Positions 32,262 through 58,688 are shown, numbered from the stretch's first letter. The stretch: 64,000 nt of DNA from the human T2T-CHM13v2.0 reference genome, Homo sapiens (GCF_009914755.1 NC_060925.1), one strand, 5' to 3'. Notes: a model not told the origin generated them from the sequence alone. A program made the numbers and translations.

Positions 32262-34879
32262 TGCCTGCGGGACAAGACCGACGGCGCCACGCAGGTGTTC
32301 CTCTAGGGCCCGCCGCTCACTCTCGCTGTCGCTAAGCTGCTTCCGCAGGGTGCCCAGCAGGTCCTGGCTTGCCTCATAGCGCCCACGCATGTTCTGGGGC
32401 GTGGGGATCACAGAGTCTAGCGGGGGTCCTTTGAGGCCTCCAGAGCCCACCTACTCTCTTCTGGTTCCAGGGATACACACTAGCCTACGCTAGGCGGGGT
32501 CCAGGGCCTGGACCTGCCCTGGGGCAGGATAGGGGCCTAGGCCTGAGAGCCAGGCTTCCACTCCCCTCCTATGTGCCCTCACCACCCTCTGAACCCTCAT
32601 CTCCCTGGGGTCCCGGACAACTCCTATCAAAGCCCCCGGGATGCCAGACAAACTCCCAGGCACACTCGTCTCCTGGGTTCTGATCCCACCCCCAGGGCTC
32701 CCAGGCTCCTCCCCCTTGCATCCTGGTTCCACTCTCACACTCCTCCCTACCCTGGCTCTGCCCCTAGTTCCCAAGCTCTCATCCTAGGCTGTGATTTCCC
32801 TTGCTAGACCTTTTCCCAGGGTCCTGGCTCTGTATGACCAGGGACCTGTCTCCCTCTCTACCAGGACCCTAACACTGCCGCAGCCTCCTCCCTCCACCGG
32901 CTGCCCAAGCACCCACCCCCAGCTGCCCAAGCACCCCCACTTCTGGGCTGGCTTCAGCGCAGAGCCCTCGGCCACCTCCTTGGGGGTCCTGACACCCTCA
33001 GACACTATTTCTCAGGGCTCTGGCTGCACCCCAGGGCGCTCAGACTCCTCCCCCAGACACGCCCCCACCCCCACCTGGAGGGCGCGAGCCCCTCCCCCTG
33101 GGCCTCTGGCTGCGCCCAGAAAACTCAAGCCCCTTCCTACCTGGACCTTCAGCTGGCAAAAGTGCAGGGCGGAGAGAATCAGGGCAAGCGAGCGTGGAGT
33201 CGTCTGAGCAGGCCGGGGAGGGGCCTCTGCGGGGCGAACGGCCTCGGCCCGGCGAGGAGCGCCGCGGTGGAGACGGGGTCCGCTGGCCCGAGAGCCCCCG
33301 CAGGCTGCGGTCGGACGCTGTTGGACGCAGGCTGCCGCTCTCAGCGTCAGACAGGACGGCCTGAGGGTAAGGGAGGGAAGCAGGAGGCCGCAGAGTTAGG
33401 AACTTCGGGGTTAGCTGGCAAAAACGACCAGGGGAGGCTGGGGGCCGCCTCATCCCAAATGCTCCCGCTTACAAGAAGCCTTCTGATTTCACCTCCTCCA
33501 CTAGCTCAGTCCTCAGCTCGCCGCTGAGGCATCCCATTTATTGCGAAGACATCATTTGGCATTGCTCACAGGTGGGCTCCGAGAGGGCCGTGCCTCCCCT
33601 CTGAGACTGGGGGCTCCCCAGGGCAGAGGCCGGGTGAGCTAGCAGGGGTGCTGAGCAGCTACAGCCTGGGTCCCAGGGCCCCACCCATCTGCAGTTCAAT
33701 CCGAAGCCACCGAAAGGCGAGGCGGGGGAGCCCAGGACCGCCTGGCAGGGCCCTGTCTTCCCGCCTTTCTGGGCTCACACCTGTGCCAGGTCCCTTAGGC
33801 TCCGCTGTAGCCCCTCTCCGTCCTCTGTCTCCAGGGCCGCCTGCTCCTGTAGCCGCAGGGATTCCTGGAGTGCGGTGAGGGAGACAAAGAGTGGTCGGGG
33901 TTCTGTCTTACCTGAAACCTCCCCTTTCCCTCCCTCCCTGGCCCACCACTGATCAGGTGGCCTCTGAAGCCATGTCCATAGGCCAGCCACCTGGTAGACC
34001 CCACAGCAGGCCCGAGGCCCTCAATGAACAGACCAGGCCCAGAGAAGAGCTGGGTTCTGCCCCAGGTCACACAGTCGATTGCAGGAGAGCTGGACCTAGA
34101 ACCCAGGCCAGGCCCCACACAGAGGGGTGACTAAACCAGGCTGGACCCTGGGGGAGTGAGTGTCCCACTGGTGGGGGTGGACAGTTGGGATTCCAAAGGC
34201 AGCATCTGGACCTGGAGAGCGTGGATGGGAGTTCAAGTCCCAACTCTCCTGCTTACTGGCTCTGAGACTGGACAAGCATTTCCCCTCTTGGGCCTCAGTT
34301 TCCCATCCGTGTCATTAGGATTACTCTACAGGGCTGCTGGGAGGGAGAAATGGGATGGAGGAAGTGAGTGTGCTTCCCACAAAGCCTGCACACCTGTGTG
34401 GGCTGAACCTGAGTGTGAGTGGGATGCTGGGGGTGGCCCAGGCAGCCCAGCCCTAAGCCTGTGTCCATGGATCTGGCCGGTACCCCATCCCACCCTGCCC
34501 CATCTCAGGGGCAGCTGAAGCTCACCAGGGCCTCAAGCTTCTCGGTGAGGTCCTTGTCGACCTGATCCTTCTCCAGATTCTGCTTCTGTAGACGCTTCAC
34601 TGCCAGGCCCAGCTCTGTCACTCTGGAGTTGGGGGAGCAACAGAGGTGAATACGGGACCACCCCAGCCTCTCAAATCCACTAGCTCTGTGTCCACCATGC
34701 TTCTCCAAACCCGAGGCAGGGACCCTAACATCCACCTCCCTGGCTGTGTGACCTTAAACAAGTTGTGGCTCCTCTCCAGACCTCACACTTCTCATCTGTG
34801 AAATGGGAATGAGGTTCCCACCAGCTTTATCTCATGGGAAAGCACTGGAGGACTTATCCAGGTGGCAGGAGTAAGGGGC

Positions 34880-40126
<5,247 letters not shown>

Positions 40127-42334
40127 TTAATTCCTTCATCTGTAAAAACAGAATAATGACTTATGTTAGAGATGCTGTGAAGAGCCCAGGGAATAACAAG
40201 TGCTGTCTGCATACCACATAACCTGTCCGCTCTCAAAGGTGGCTGGGCTGATGATGTCTGGAAGAAGAAGGCTGGGAGAAATGCTGGTTCCCAAAGTGGT
40301 CAGTACCAAGGCCACCTAGTCCAACCCTTGCCCCTAGGCCTGTGGTTCCTTTGGGGCAGATTCCAGTCTCGCCACCACCCAGCCAGGGGAGTCTGTGTTG
40401 AATGGGACATGTCCTGGAAGTATGAAAGGCTCAGCCCTCTGAGCTGCTGGATGGCTCTGTCCTGTACCCGCCAGTCCATAAATGGTCAGCAGAGCACATG
40501 GCCCACCTACCCGAGCCAAAGGAGTTGGGAAAAATCTGTCTGGGTGGCCCCCTCATCCTCTCAACACACAGGCCTAGAGGGAAAAGGGTACTGTCTAATG
40601 CCAGTCAGTGCTGTCCTGAGCTCAGCTGCTAAGAATAGCAGGGAGTGAGGTGGTGGTAACCAGCAGGACTCAGGCAGAACAGAGGCCCATTACACACCTG
40701 GCTGCCCACAGGCTGCCACCACCTGCTCTTCCACCTTTCATGCCAGTTCCTACCCTACTCATCCACACAGACAGAAAGCTCTGGAAGGGGACGAAGGTGG
40801 CACAAAGCACCCTGACAAAGTAGCCACTACCCAGGCTCAGGGATCACATATTCCCCCAGTGTAAGCCACTCCCAGCCCTGAGCTGTAGGAGCAGAGATGC
40901 ACAAAGGCCCCTCCCCACTGCTGCTCTGTCCCAGGCCAAGGCCAGGTGGTGGCTATGCAGTCGGGGTGCTCAGCTAGTAGCATAGAAGGCTAAAGCCAAC
41001 CCCATCTCTGAATACCCCAGTGGACCAAGGATAAAGGAGCCTTTCTCAAAAGCAGTTACAGGCCAACCATGGTGGCTCACACCTGTAGTCTCAGCACTTT
41101 GGGAGGCTGAGGTGGGAGAATCACTTGAGCCCAGGGGTTTGAGACCAGCCTGGGTGACACAGTAAGACCCTGCCTCTTAAAAAAAAAAAAAATTTAGCTG
41201 GGTGTGTGGCATGTGCTTGTGGTCCCAGCTATGTGGGAGGCTGAGGTGGGAGGATTCCTTGAGCCTGGAACTTTGAGGTTGCAGTGAGCTATGACTGGGA
41301 CATAGCGAGACCCTGCCTCAAAAGAAAACAGTTCTTAACAAGCCCACACTTGGAGCGGCTACTCTTGTACCTGACCCCCAAAGTCGTGTGCCTGATCCTG
41401 AGAGCAGACTGCACATATCTGTCGGCAGTCGGCCTGAGACAGCCACCACTGAGTGCCTACAGCACGGCCCATTTGGCCAAGACCAGCAACTTCCCTGACC
41501 TTTTTGGATCTCCTAGGTCCCAGTTCAGGGCCCTGAATCCCCACAACCACTGACTGACGGCCCTACCACCTGCTGTCTCTCCTGGCGGCCACAGCAGCAG
41601 CAGCAGCAGCAGGACCATCTCTGGTATCACATGAGGTAGGGATCAGATGGCTCTGAGAACAGGCCAGGACTGAGTATGGGGTGGGGGTGGGCAGGAACTC
41701 TCTGCAAGCAGGCACTTTCTGACCACCACAATTGCTTAAATAGAACAGGTAATGATGCTGCCTTTTGGACCTGCCTAAAGAGCAGAAGTCGTAAAAGACA
41801 GAACAGCTAAGGCTGATAAGGGGGTGAGAGACAGGGACAACCGTGCCTCACTGCAGGGAGGGAGAACCTACTTGATCCTTTGAAGAAGTAATCTGGCAAC
41901 AGTCTTAAAAGTGACTGCAGTTCAAACACTCTAGCCACACGACTCCAGCCCTGGGCATCCTCACAGCATTGTTTACAAAGGCAAAAGTCCTTCCAAACTA
42001 GGGCACTTGTATGGGCCACAGCAGACCCCCTGGCCCTAAAGATGCTCAGTAAGATACATTGATAATGTGGAAAAATACTCACGGGATAACATTTGATAAT
42101 AAAAATAGGATGCAAACTTCTGGAAGTGAGGGACATGTCCATTACCTTGATGGTACTGATGGTTTCACGGGTTTTATCTATATGTTAACACTTATCAAAT
42201 TGTACACTTTAAGTGTGTGTAGTTTATTGTATATTAATCGTAGCTCAATAAAAATGTTTTAAGAAAAGAACTGAAGGTGACAAATTTTTTTAAAGTTTTC
42301 TATACAGCATAATCTGAACTACATACATTATAAG

Positions 42335-44190
<1,856 letters not shown>

Positions 44191-44989
44191 ATCGCATTTG
44201 AATAGTCATGTTAAAATAACAAGATAGCAGGTGCTTTTCCTTCTTTTTTTAGAGACAGGGTCTTGCTCTGTCACCCAGGCTAGAGTGCAGTGGCATGCAG
44301 AGGCCAGCTCACTGCAGCCTCAACCTCCTAGGCTCAAGTGATCCTCCCACATCAGCCTCCCTAACAGCTGGGACTACAGGTGCACACCACCATGCCCAGG
44401 TAATTTCTGTATTTTATTGTAGAGATGGGGTCTGGCCATGTTGCTCAGGCTGGTCTTGAACTCCTGGACTCAAGCAATCTACCCACCTTGGCCTCCCAAA
44501 GTGCTGGGATTACAGGTGTGAACCACTGTGCCTGGCCCTCTAAGTTTCTGCTAAAATGTACTTGTAACTTTTACACTGACTACACTCAAAAGTATTAAAC
44601 TTGTAAAGAAAAGGCCCTGGAGGAGTTTGTTCTTTACAAGGTCAGTCAGAAGCTACAAGGGGCCAGGCTGGGGCCAAGGTGAGGGCAGGTACATGCAGGG
44701 GCAGATGCTGGGTGTGGAGTAGGTGCCAGGTGCTAGCTGGGCATGAATGTGCACCCGCTCCCTGACCTCTGCTCCCTGACTCTCACAAGGAACTAGCACT
44801 GCCTGGAGACAGGAAGAAGCAGAGTACGGAAGGCAGACTCTCTGGCCGGAGATCTCGCAGCCAGGAGCACAGTGAGAACAGAGCCTAAGCCTATCTGTCC
44901 AGAGCCCAGGCTCCCTTTCCCTACAACTGCAGCCTCCTTATTCTGCTCTGGCCCAGCAGAGTGAGGAGGGGCCACCCACCCAGCCATAC

Positions 44990-46950
44990 CTGCCGGTGGC
45001 TGCTGGGGGTGCATGGTCAGAAGAGGAAAGATGCGGTTCAGGTAGTCATTCAGCAGCTTCTCCTGCACAATGCCTGAGCCACAAGTCAGAAGGGAGAAAA
45101 GGGCCACATGATGAGTGCAGCTCCTGGCCCCTGCTGGCCCCAGAGACTTCTGGTCCTAGGCCAGCCACAGGTGCAGCAAGGCCTGAGGCCTTTGTCCCTT
45201 CCTTCTCCTCCCAACAAGAGGAGCCTCCTTCCTTCTCTGCCAGCCCTTACCTGTGACCCTGGATTTCTCAGCATCTGAGGTCAGCCTACAGCTCTTGCGG
45301 GAGAAAGACACGCCGGCCCCCTTGGATGCCATCCTTCGTCTCTCATGGGCAGCCAGTGGTCCTGGAGGCTGAGGCAGACACAGAGCCTGTCTACTCAGGG
45401 CCAGCCAGGGGCCCCCACACCTGACCTCAGTCCTGCCATGGCAGGAAGTCTTGGGAGCAGGTGAGGCCAGGGGCATGCACACTAACTAACACATAGGACA
45501 GGGGAATGCAGGGGCTCCCAGCTTCCTACACAGGCAGGGTAGCCAGGGTCTAGGCCCATGTAACAGGGACCACTTCTTGTTCTCCAGTGTCCCTGTGCCC
45601 AGCACAGGGCTGGGCAGAGAGCAGGTACCAGATATATTTTTGCCAAACCATAACAAAATGTCTCAGCTCTGTGGAAATCAGACCAAAATGTCCAAAGTGA
45701 GGTGTCCTAGGGGCAGAGCCCCTGTATTCATCTCGGTTGTAAGCCATACTGAGTCCAGCTCACAACCAGAAGCGACAATCCTACACATTCCCCCAAGTGC
45801 AGACCACCACTGGTCTGGTCATCTCTAGCCATAAGTCCCACTTACTCCCCACAAGGCTGGAGCCTCTTTCCTCAGCCCTGGGTTCCTCCCTTCTTTGATC
45901 CATGGTCCTGATAGTTTCACTGTTCCCACTCACACATGTGGCCTCCCACCTCATCCAAGCACCACCCTTGCCCAGCCCTCATGGCAAACTCCATTGGTCC
46001 TCCTAGTGCATCTATCCCTCACATCATGTTGCTGCTGCAGCTGCTCCAAAACCTGCACTGAGTCCCTGGTGCTGGCCTCACTGATGTGTAGCTGTGCTGT
46101 CCAACACAGCAGCCGTCATCCACGTGAGGTTACTTAAATTTAAAGTTTTAAAAATTAACAATTCGATTTCTCAGTTGCCTCAGCCACATTTCAAGAGTTC
46201 AATGACCACATGTGGCTAACGGTTACTCTATTGGACAGCACAAAGGTAGAACATTCCCACCATCATATAAAGTTCTATTAGACAGCGCAGGTCTAGAGTT
46301 TCGCTCTGCAGCACTGCCTTAGCCAGCACTCCCTACTCTGCCGTTCAGTCTCTTATCTCGCCCCAAACAGACCCTCTACTCCCGCCACAAACCCCTGTGG
46401 GTCTGCACCACGCCTGCTCCTCGGGAAGGTGATTTTCCCGACCTCGGGCCCTCGGTGGGCCTCCATGATCGGTGCCCCTTCACTACCAGAGTAGTTGAAG
46501 ATCTGATTAAATGCATTCATTCATTTGATGAGCAGACCTTCCAGACACCCACTCCGGGTGTCAGTTGCTGAGGACCCAGGTGAGAGGCGGACCTTGTCCC
46601 CGCCCGGGGACTCCCTGTCACGGCTATCCCGTCCAACCTCGCCGGGGTATCCGGGCTCAGAACTGAACCTACTCCGTCTGGGAGCCCAAGGATGGCTCCC
46701 CCAAGTCGCCCCCGCCTGGCCCCAAGCTCCAGAGGACCTGCCAGACCAGCTTCCGCTCGGAGTTTCGCACTCAGATCCCGGCGCTGCAGGTGCCCTCGCA
46801 CTGGACTAAACTGGACCGCGAAGGGAATAGCCGGAACCCGCCAGGCTCAGAGCCCTGCCGCCCCTCACTCACCCCGAGCCTCGGCCGCCGCGACCCGGTT
46901 CACAACATCCGCCCAACCTCTCGGCTACGGCGTCCGTTCAGGGCCAAATC
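44990..46950 (-). pseudogene. RNF123: Duplicated 5' fragment of RNF123 (KPC1): exon 1 ~46873-46950, exon 2 45251-45361, exon 3 44990-45073
   Basis: Exon 2 encodes MASKGAGVSFSRKSCRLTSDAEKSRVTG (ATG 45332-45330). Exon 3 encodes IVQEKLLNDYLNRIF and then shifts frame by a 1-nt deletion. Splice sites are canonical. It lies head-to-head with MST1 as at 3p21. I see no further RNF123 exons. Confidence 0.9.
46071..46289. mobile_element. MER3-like hAT DNA transposon remnant
   Basis: ctgtgctgtccaa ... gccacatttcaag ... ttggacagcaca ... ttctattagacagcgc. Confidence 0.7.
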
Positions 46951-47250
46951 ACGCGCACGCTCGCGCGCTGAGCCTCCAGCCGCGCACGCGCACCGGCCCG
47001 CGCCCAGCCTCCGCTAGGGGACCCCCTCCGTGGCTTCCCACCAGGTTGTTCCAGGCCTCAGCTTCGCCGAAAGGCCTCACCACCTCCGACCTCCGCCTGC
47101 CCTGGGGATGCTCCCAGCCCTGCTGCGGCAGAACGCGACGTGCTAACCGGAATCCCTAGGCCGCCTGTCTCCTACCCATACTTGGAGGCCCCGCTCAGAC
47201 GGTCCTGAAAACGTCTGAAAGGCGGTTCCTGCCAGAGTCCCTGCTACCTG
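46400..47250. promoter_or_regulatory. CpG-island promoter (RNF123-derived), divergent from the MST1 copy
   Basis: CpG-dense, with an NRF1-like CGCGCACGCGCA at 46981-46992 and the exon 1 donor GG|GTGAGT at 46873. Confidence 0.8.
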
Positions 47251-47728
47251 TTACCTCCACCCCTATTTAGTCCTAGTGGACAGCCTCGCTCACCTTCCCT
47301 GGGATGACACTTCTGGCGGCTGAGATGAGCGAGCCTCTCTGGGCTCTGCCGCCGGGCGTGGGCTGACCTGCCTACAGCTGGGGCCTGATAAGGCAGCAGC
47401 AAAAGGGTGGAGGGGAGGCAGTGTTGAAGCTGGGGCAAGTAATTTTCCCCAATTTACAGGGAAAAACCGAAATTCAGAAAAGTTTAATGTCAGCCAGGGG
47501 CTGGAACCCAGACCTCTGGCAGCTCTCACTTTCACAATGCCCTTGGGCTGACTAGGCTGCAGAGGGGTTTCACCCCAACCCCAGGGCACCTCAGGTGTCC
47601 CCACCAAACCTTCCTAACACCTGACCACTAAGTAGGGAGGCCTCTCAGGGGGCTAGCTGTGCTAGGCCCTTGCAACTGAGCTGTGGGACCTGAGGCCTGG
47701 CCCCTCATGGCTCCTGTCACCAGGTCTC

Positions 47729-47781
47729 AGGTCAGGGTCCAGCAGGCCCTGAGCTGACGTGCGGAGCCAGAGCCACCCAAT
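47729..47781 (+). promoter_or_regulatory. MST1-type proximal promoter: DR1 (HNF4/nuclear receptor) element and CCAAT box
   Basis: AGGTCA-G-GGTCCA at 47729-47741 and CCAAT at 47777-47781, just upstream of ATGs at 47812 and 47854. Confidence 0.6.
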
Positions 47782-47811
47782 CCCGTAGGGACAGGTTTCA
47801 CAACTTCCCGG

Positions 47812-52464
<4,653 letters not shown>

Positions 52465-52549
52465 GCCCAGCCTTGACGCCATATGCTTTGGGGAGGACAA
52501 AACTTGTAAGTACAGTCAAGGACAAGACTTGTACTCAAAGTTGAGATTT

Positions 52550-52555
52550 AATAAA
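52550..52555 (+). terminator. AATAAA poly(A) signal supplied by the flanking non-MST1 block
   Basis: AATAAA lies 86 bp after the MST1 stop codon, past the point where MST1 3'UTR similarity appears to end (~52505). Confidence 0.55.
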
Positions 52556-55500
52556 ATTAATATTTTTACTACTTCACCAAGGACTTTCTTAAATGAAAAT
52601 GGTTTTTCCCCCTACAAGTAAACAGTAATAAAGAAGAGAATTATTCCTAGTGCAGTTTGTTTTCATGGTCTTAATTTTTGCTAAGACTCCACTGCTTTTG
52701 CCTTATCAATACAAGTGCCAACACAGTGAAAAGGCAAATATCATCTTAGTATTACTATGAAAATAGTTCTGAGCTAATGGCCTACTGAAAGGAAAAGAGT
52801 GGCTCCTGCTATTCTAGTAGACTTATTACAATTATCTTAAGTATTCTTTCTACCCTCCTTTAATTGAATGGAAACAGGGATGGATTGGAGGAGCTGTTTT
52901 TCTCCTTTCTTTCCCCCGGCAATATTTACTATTTAATGCCACTTACTAACACTCAAAGAAACAAAACCAAACTTCTCAATTGACAGTGCAGTGACCCAAC
53001 AAAGACACGGGTTCTTGAATTCAAAGTGGAGCAGGAGAGACGGTAAATACACATTTACTTTAATATATATATATTTATTATTTATGTGTCTAAAGCACAA
53101 ATTAGTTTGGTAAAAAACATCTCATGTCTGTTTTATTTCCACATCCCTGAGACTGACAATGGGATGCCTATCAATTAATTCATTTAGAGAGCCATACACC
53201 CCAAGAAATAAATTATTTGTCCTCTGGAGCTTGTCACAGGGGGATTTTTAAAAAAACATTAAACAGAAAGACAACTGTGCATCTTAGAAAGATAAAAGGC
53301 CAATTCTTCCTCTCCGGCTGATAGGTTCTTAATAATAGTGATATCTACTAAGATGTTTTACATAGTGTAAAGCATGTTCACATACAAATTACTTAGCCTC
53401 TTTGAGCCTCAGTTTTCTTATATGTAAAACTGGATTAATAGTACATTTTGTGTTTAAAAAGATAATGTATATGAAGTGTTTACCATTTTTGCTTGGCATC
53501 TAGTTCAGTTCTCAGTAACTGATGTGGTGGTGGTGGTGGTCATAGTAGCAGTAAGATCCGTAGTAATAGTAGCAGCAGTTGTTTTAGAAATTAGTAACTG
53601 AGGCCTGGCAAAGTTAAAGGCTCTTTCATTAACACCCAGAGGGGAAGAAATGAAGCTGGTCTTCAGAGGCAGGCTATTTTCACTCTGTGTCCCAAATTTT
53701 CCCCCCTAGACCGTTTTTATACTTCTGGGGCTCTCAGAAAATATTCTCAGCTATTCTGTTAGATTGATCTCCTACCATCTGAGAGTGGGCTTCCTTCAAA
53801 CAACCAAATTTCCAGGTATTTCTAAACTGCCCTTCCCCTACACCATTCTTTGATTCAGTATTTCAAGACCCCTAAGAGAAATGGTACATTTACGTGTAAG
53901 CACAGGATAGTGAAGTATTTACAACAAGTGCTTTGGAGCCAGCAAATATGGATCAGAATGCTGCTTTCCTTTCCTACATACATGACATTGGGCAGCTAAT
54001 TTCTAAGATTTTACTTCTTTGTCTATGAAAGTGGAGTACTAGTACTTGCTTTGTGCAACTCTGATGGTTGTTACATGAGGTAGCATCTAGAAACAGCTTG
54101 CACATTGCCAGACACCCAGTGGAAGGTCAATGAATGACTATTTGAGGACTAACTATTACAGAAATGTTTACTCTTCTGAGTCCTGATTTCTAGTCTCCTG
54201 GACTAAATAGGTTCACTGTTTTCCTCCCGGTTCAGTTTCCAGACACATCACAGAATTATAAGAATATTAAAAACTCAGGCTTATACCTACACAGGATTTT
54301 CTATAACCCTCTTTCTGCTTTGAGCTCCTAAAGCTATTTCATAGAAAAATGACCTTATTTTTAAATAGAGGGGGCAGTTGAAAATCAGTGAACGGACCTA
54401 CCCCCTAATGATTTTTTTCTCAGACATAATTATAATAATTAGCATTATAAAGTGCTAATTATCTTTGGACACAGAGGACCTGCACACCAGAGACAGAGGT
54501 CCGTATTAAGTAAAGTGGATTTCACTTTCTTCAGTTGTGAGATTTCTCTTTTTTCTTCTTTGTAATGATGCAAAGATATATCGTCCACCAAGCCTCATTT
54601 AAAAACTTTTTCCAGTTGAGGAAACTATCTCTTGGCCATCCACAGCCAGACTGCATATTGAGATTATGGATATTCAAAGAAATTGTCTTTCCTTTGTATA
54701 TTGTCATAACTTTTTGTGAAATGTTTGTTTTATAGTTCCAGGCCAGCACCTAGAACCTGGCTAGAATAAAAAACTGCAGAAATCATGAGTTTCTTGTTTG
54801 GATGAAAGAGCACACCTATTAACAAATGATAGACGGCTATCCTACTGTGAGTCCTGAAAACTGGTGGTGTGATTGTTGAATGGGTGAGGGGTATAGCAGA
54901 GAAACTCAGTGTGGGCTACATACAATTTCAGCTTGAATCACACTTAACAGATCCTCTGTTCCAACCATTTAAATTTACAAAGAAGAAACTAAGGCACAGA
55001 ACTACTTGAGAAGAGAAGCAGAATTGAAAACTAGAGCTCGTGATTGTTCTCAAAATAATTTTTATCATACTGCATCGGGTTCTAAGTGAGAAGGCTTCTT
55101 ATTTAGTAATGCCAAGGTCATGTGTTAACATGTAAAAAAAAATTAGACGAGGAATGGGGCATTGGTGTAAGATTATACAGAGTGTAAAGTTGGGCTTTCT
55201 CTTATCATCTGTTGTCAACAACAGGATGATTGTTACTGTTACCCAGTCCTTACCATCATTCACACAGAGACATTGGATATTGAGGAGAGACTTTAAAACA
55301 GAATATTAGTAATGCAGAGCTATAAAGAGCCACGATCATATTAATACAATCCTCCATACACATAGTGACCTGTCTGCAGCTCCAGCCTAGAGAAACCCAG
55401 TTATTCATTTGTAGTGGGCAGCCCCATTATCAGAAAGCGCTATTCAATTGGAAGTGCTCATCTGTGTTAGGTCAAAAACGACTTCCTCTAAATATCCATT

Positions 55501-55603
55501 CTGTGTATTGAAGTATAAATGAGTCCCACTTAAGAAAAAACAAAACAAACCAACTTCCAATGATTTAAAAATACTAACGTGACCCTCTTACGTTCACCTA
55601 AAG

Positions 55604-55777
55604 CTAGTGTTTCTCAAACATCAGCTGTATCAGAATCCCTGAAGGACTTGTTAAAACAAATTGCTGGTCTCTACTCTGAGCTTCTGATTCATTAAATGTG
55701 GGATGGTACCTGAGAATCTGCATTTCTAACACGTTCCCAGGTGACCCTGATGCTGTTGCTCTGAGAACCACTTTGAG
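55604..55777. mobile_element. MER5A DNA transposon remnant
   Basis: agtgtttctcaaa ... gaatctgcatttctaac ... ccactttgag. Confidence 0.75.
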
Positions 55778-56159
55778 ATCCACATCTCTAAGCTCATCAG
55801 TCTGTCCGTTACACCTTACAAGACATACTTTCCTAATCTGACACCCTTCTATTTGTCTTTTTTTGGAATGCTTTAGAAATTTAGCAGTTATCTTTTTTAT
55901 GTATTTTACATTTGTTACAGCTTTCCTTGGTGGACAGATATGAGTTTTCTACTTGAAAATAAACACGTTTTTCTTTAAAATATCATTAAATAAGAGTGTA
56001 ATTAGTGATATAAAGCAAGATGAGTAAAAAGAATCTCTCATTATTATGTTTGCACAGCCTGTATACAAATTATTTGAACTAGAAAGGATTTGCTAAGTAA
56101 ATTATTTCTATTTCCCTCACTTAATAGTGAATATTATGGTGATTAGGGGAAAAAATAAG

Positions 56160-56588
<429 letters not shown>

Positions 56589-58688
56589 TGATTGTACACC
56601 TTTAGACAACTTATCAGTTTCCTCATTTTTATACAGCAATAAAATAGTAACAGCTACCCATTAAATTCTGTACAGAAGCTAGGGACAGATGCAATAACAC
56701 TTGCATATCTATAAAGGCTTTGTAAATGTGGGTATTATATCTAATGTTTATGCACATGCTGTTTGATTATTTTCATTTGGAATTCCACTCCATTAAAGCA
56801 AAAGTAACATACGAATTCAGATTCTTGTAAGTCTTCAGGCATAAGGCCTCCATTGACTAAGTACATTGCCTACATAATTTCTCCTAACCCAAATGAATCT
56901 CCAGTTGAACCAAGCTGGTGGTTATGTACTGTCTCCAGAGGATGCCAAGCATAAAGTCCTTGAGTATATTCATCTTGGATCCTCTGATTGGACAACTGCG
57001 GTATTGAGACTTCAAGCTCCCCCTTGAAGGCCCCAGACGGTACCTGTAATTTTACTCAAGTTTTAAATGTATGCTCTTTGTTAAGAAAGAGTGACAATGA
57101 TTTGATTTATTTTCCGTGACTGGGGTTAGGGATGGGGGAGACTCTAGGAATGTGACTTACCAGTGAGGTTCTAGTTTTATAAATCATAGGACAAGTTTTG
57201 ATAGGCAAATGTTGGACTATAGGGCTGAGGTTGTTTTCCACCACAACATATAGACTTCTACTAGCCCTTGAAGGAAAAAACACGAGAAAATCAGTTGGGT
57301 CAGCTGAGTATTCCTTTATCAGTATGGAACAGACTTACATAACAATTCTGCAGGTAATGGCTCTGGAAAGGTCAACCACTTAGTTTTGGACAACTCTTTT
57401 CTATTCTGTATAACCACTTTTTCACCAAAATGATACTAAATAAATATGCTATAGAAAGCTATATTTTGACATGACTGTTTTAGGCAAAGATACACTCACC
57501 AACTTACTCCACAAGAGTTTCTAATCAGAGAATATCATATGGATCTATTTGAATTGCTCCCATGCTTGGCTGAGCCCAAAATAATTTACTGTGCATATGT
57601 ACACCAAGTGAGAAGGTTGAGGAGGTGTCACTTGTACATCTCTTTATTCTCTTTTTTTGTATGTGTGTGTTATTTTCATGTGTTTTGAAAGGCTCTCTTG
57701 CTTAGCTTTTATTTTGCCATGAAAGATTTTTTTCTGTGCTATAACTGTATTTTTAAGTCTGGTTTGAGTTCAAGAAATCCACAAATTCACAAAAGATTAA
57801 GAATAATTTGTGAACAAAATGATGCAGAAATAAAAAATGCATTTTCCAAATAACTCCCTTGCAGTCCTTCTCCCGCAACTACCACTTTCTATTAAGTTTC
57901 TTCTTCCTACTCTATGAAGTGCCATGAGCTTTCAATTCATTGTATTTTAAGTATAAGCTATACTTACTAACCTTCACGTTATTCTTTGCTACTTAAATAA
58001 GCTTGCTTTCATAGTTCAATTGACGTATTGTTTAACTGATATTTTTAATTGGTATATTTTGATATATATTGATAATTGATAGCTATATAATTCATTTGAG
58101 ATATTTTGGGTATGGAGGGTTGGAAGGAATCCTTTCATAATTTTTCTACTTAAAAGAAATCTTTTTTCATTTAACAGCTTTTCCCATGGGGATAGAGTTT
58201 TCATGAATAAATCAAAGTCATTAAATGAGGTATATGGTACATCTTTTAAGAGTCACAGAAAGAAGCAACAACAATTTACCCAGGCAGAGGGTATAAGTTT
58301 AGACCTTGGTTGCCTGATTTGTGGGACAAGTTCTTTAATTTTTTTTCTTTATATTTGGACTTTTTTTTGGACTCTCTCCTCCCCTTCCAGGCTCCAGGTC
58401 AAATACTTGACACCTGAATGATGTTCAATTATTTAAAAGATGGATTGGCCAGCTCAGCTCCTGTCTCAGACAGACTGTCTTTAAATGTATTTTCAACATG
58501 TCTTCAGACAGTTATTTTTCCTCTGTTCAATTTTGTTCATCTTCTTACTTAACCGTTCAAGTGCTCCTATTTCCTTTTTAAATGTAGTATTGAGAAGTGC
58601 AAACATTATTGGAAAAGAGAGTCTCACTAGCATAATTGTGCATTATCTTCCTCTTATATCGCCGGCCTCCCTGCACCCCCATGCCCAC

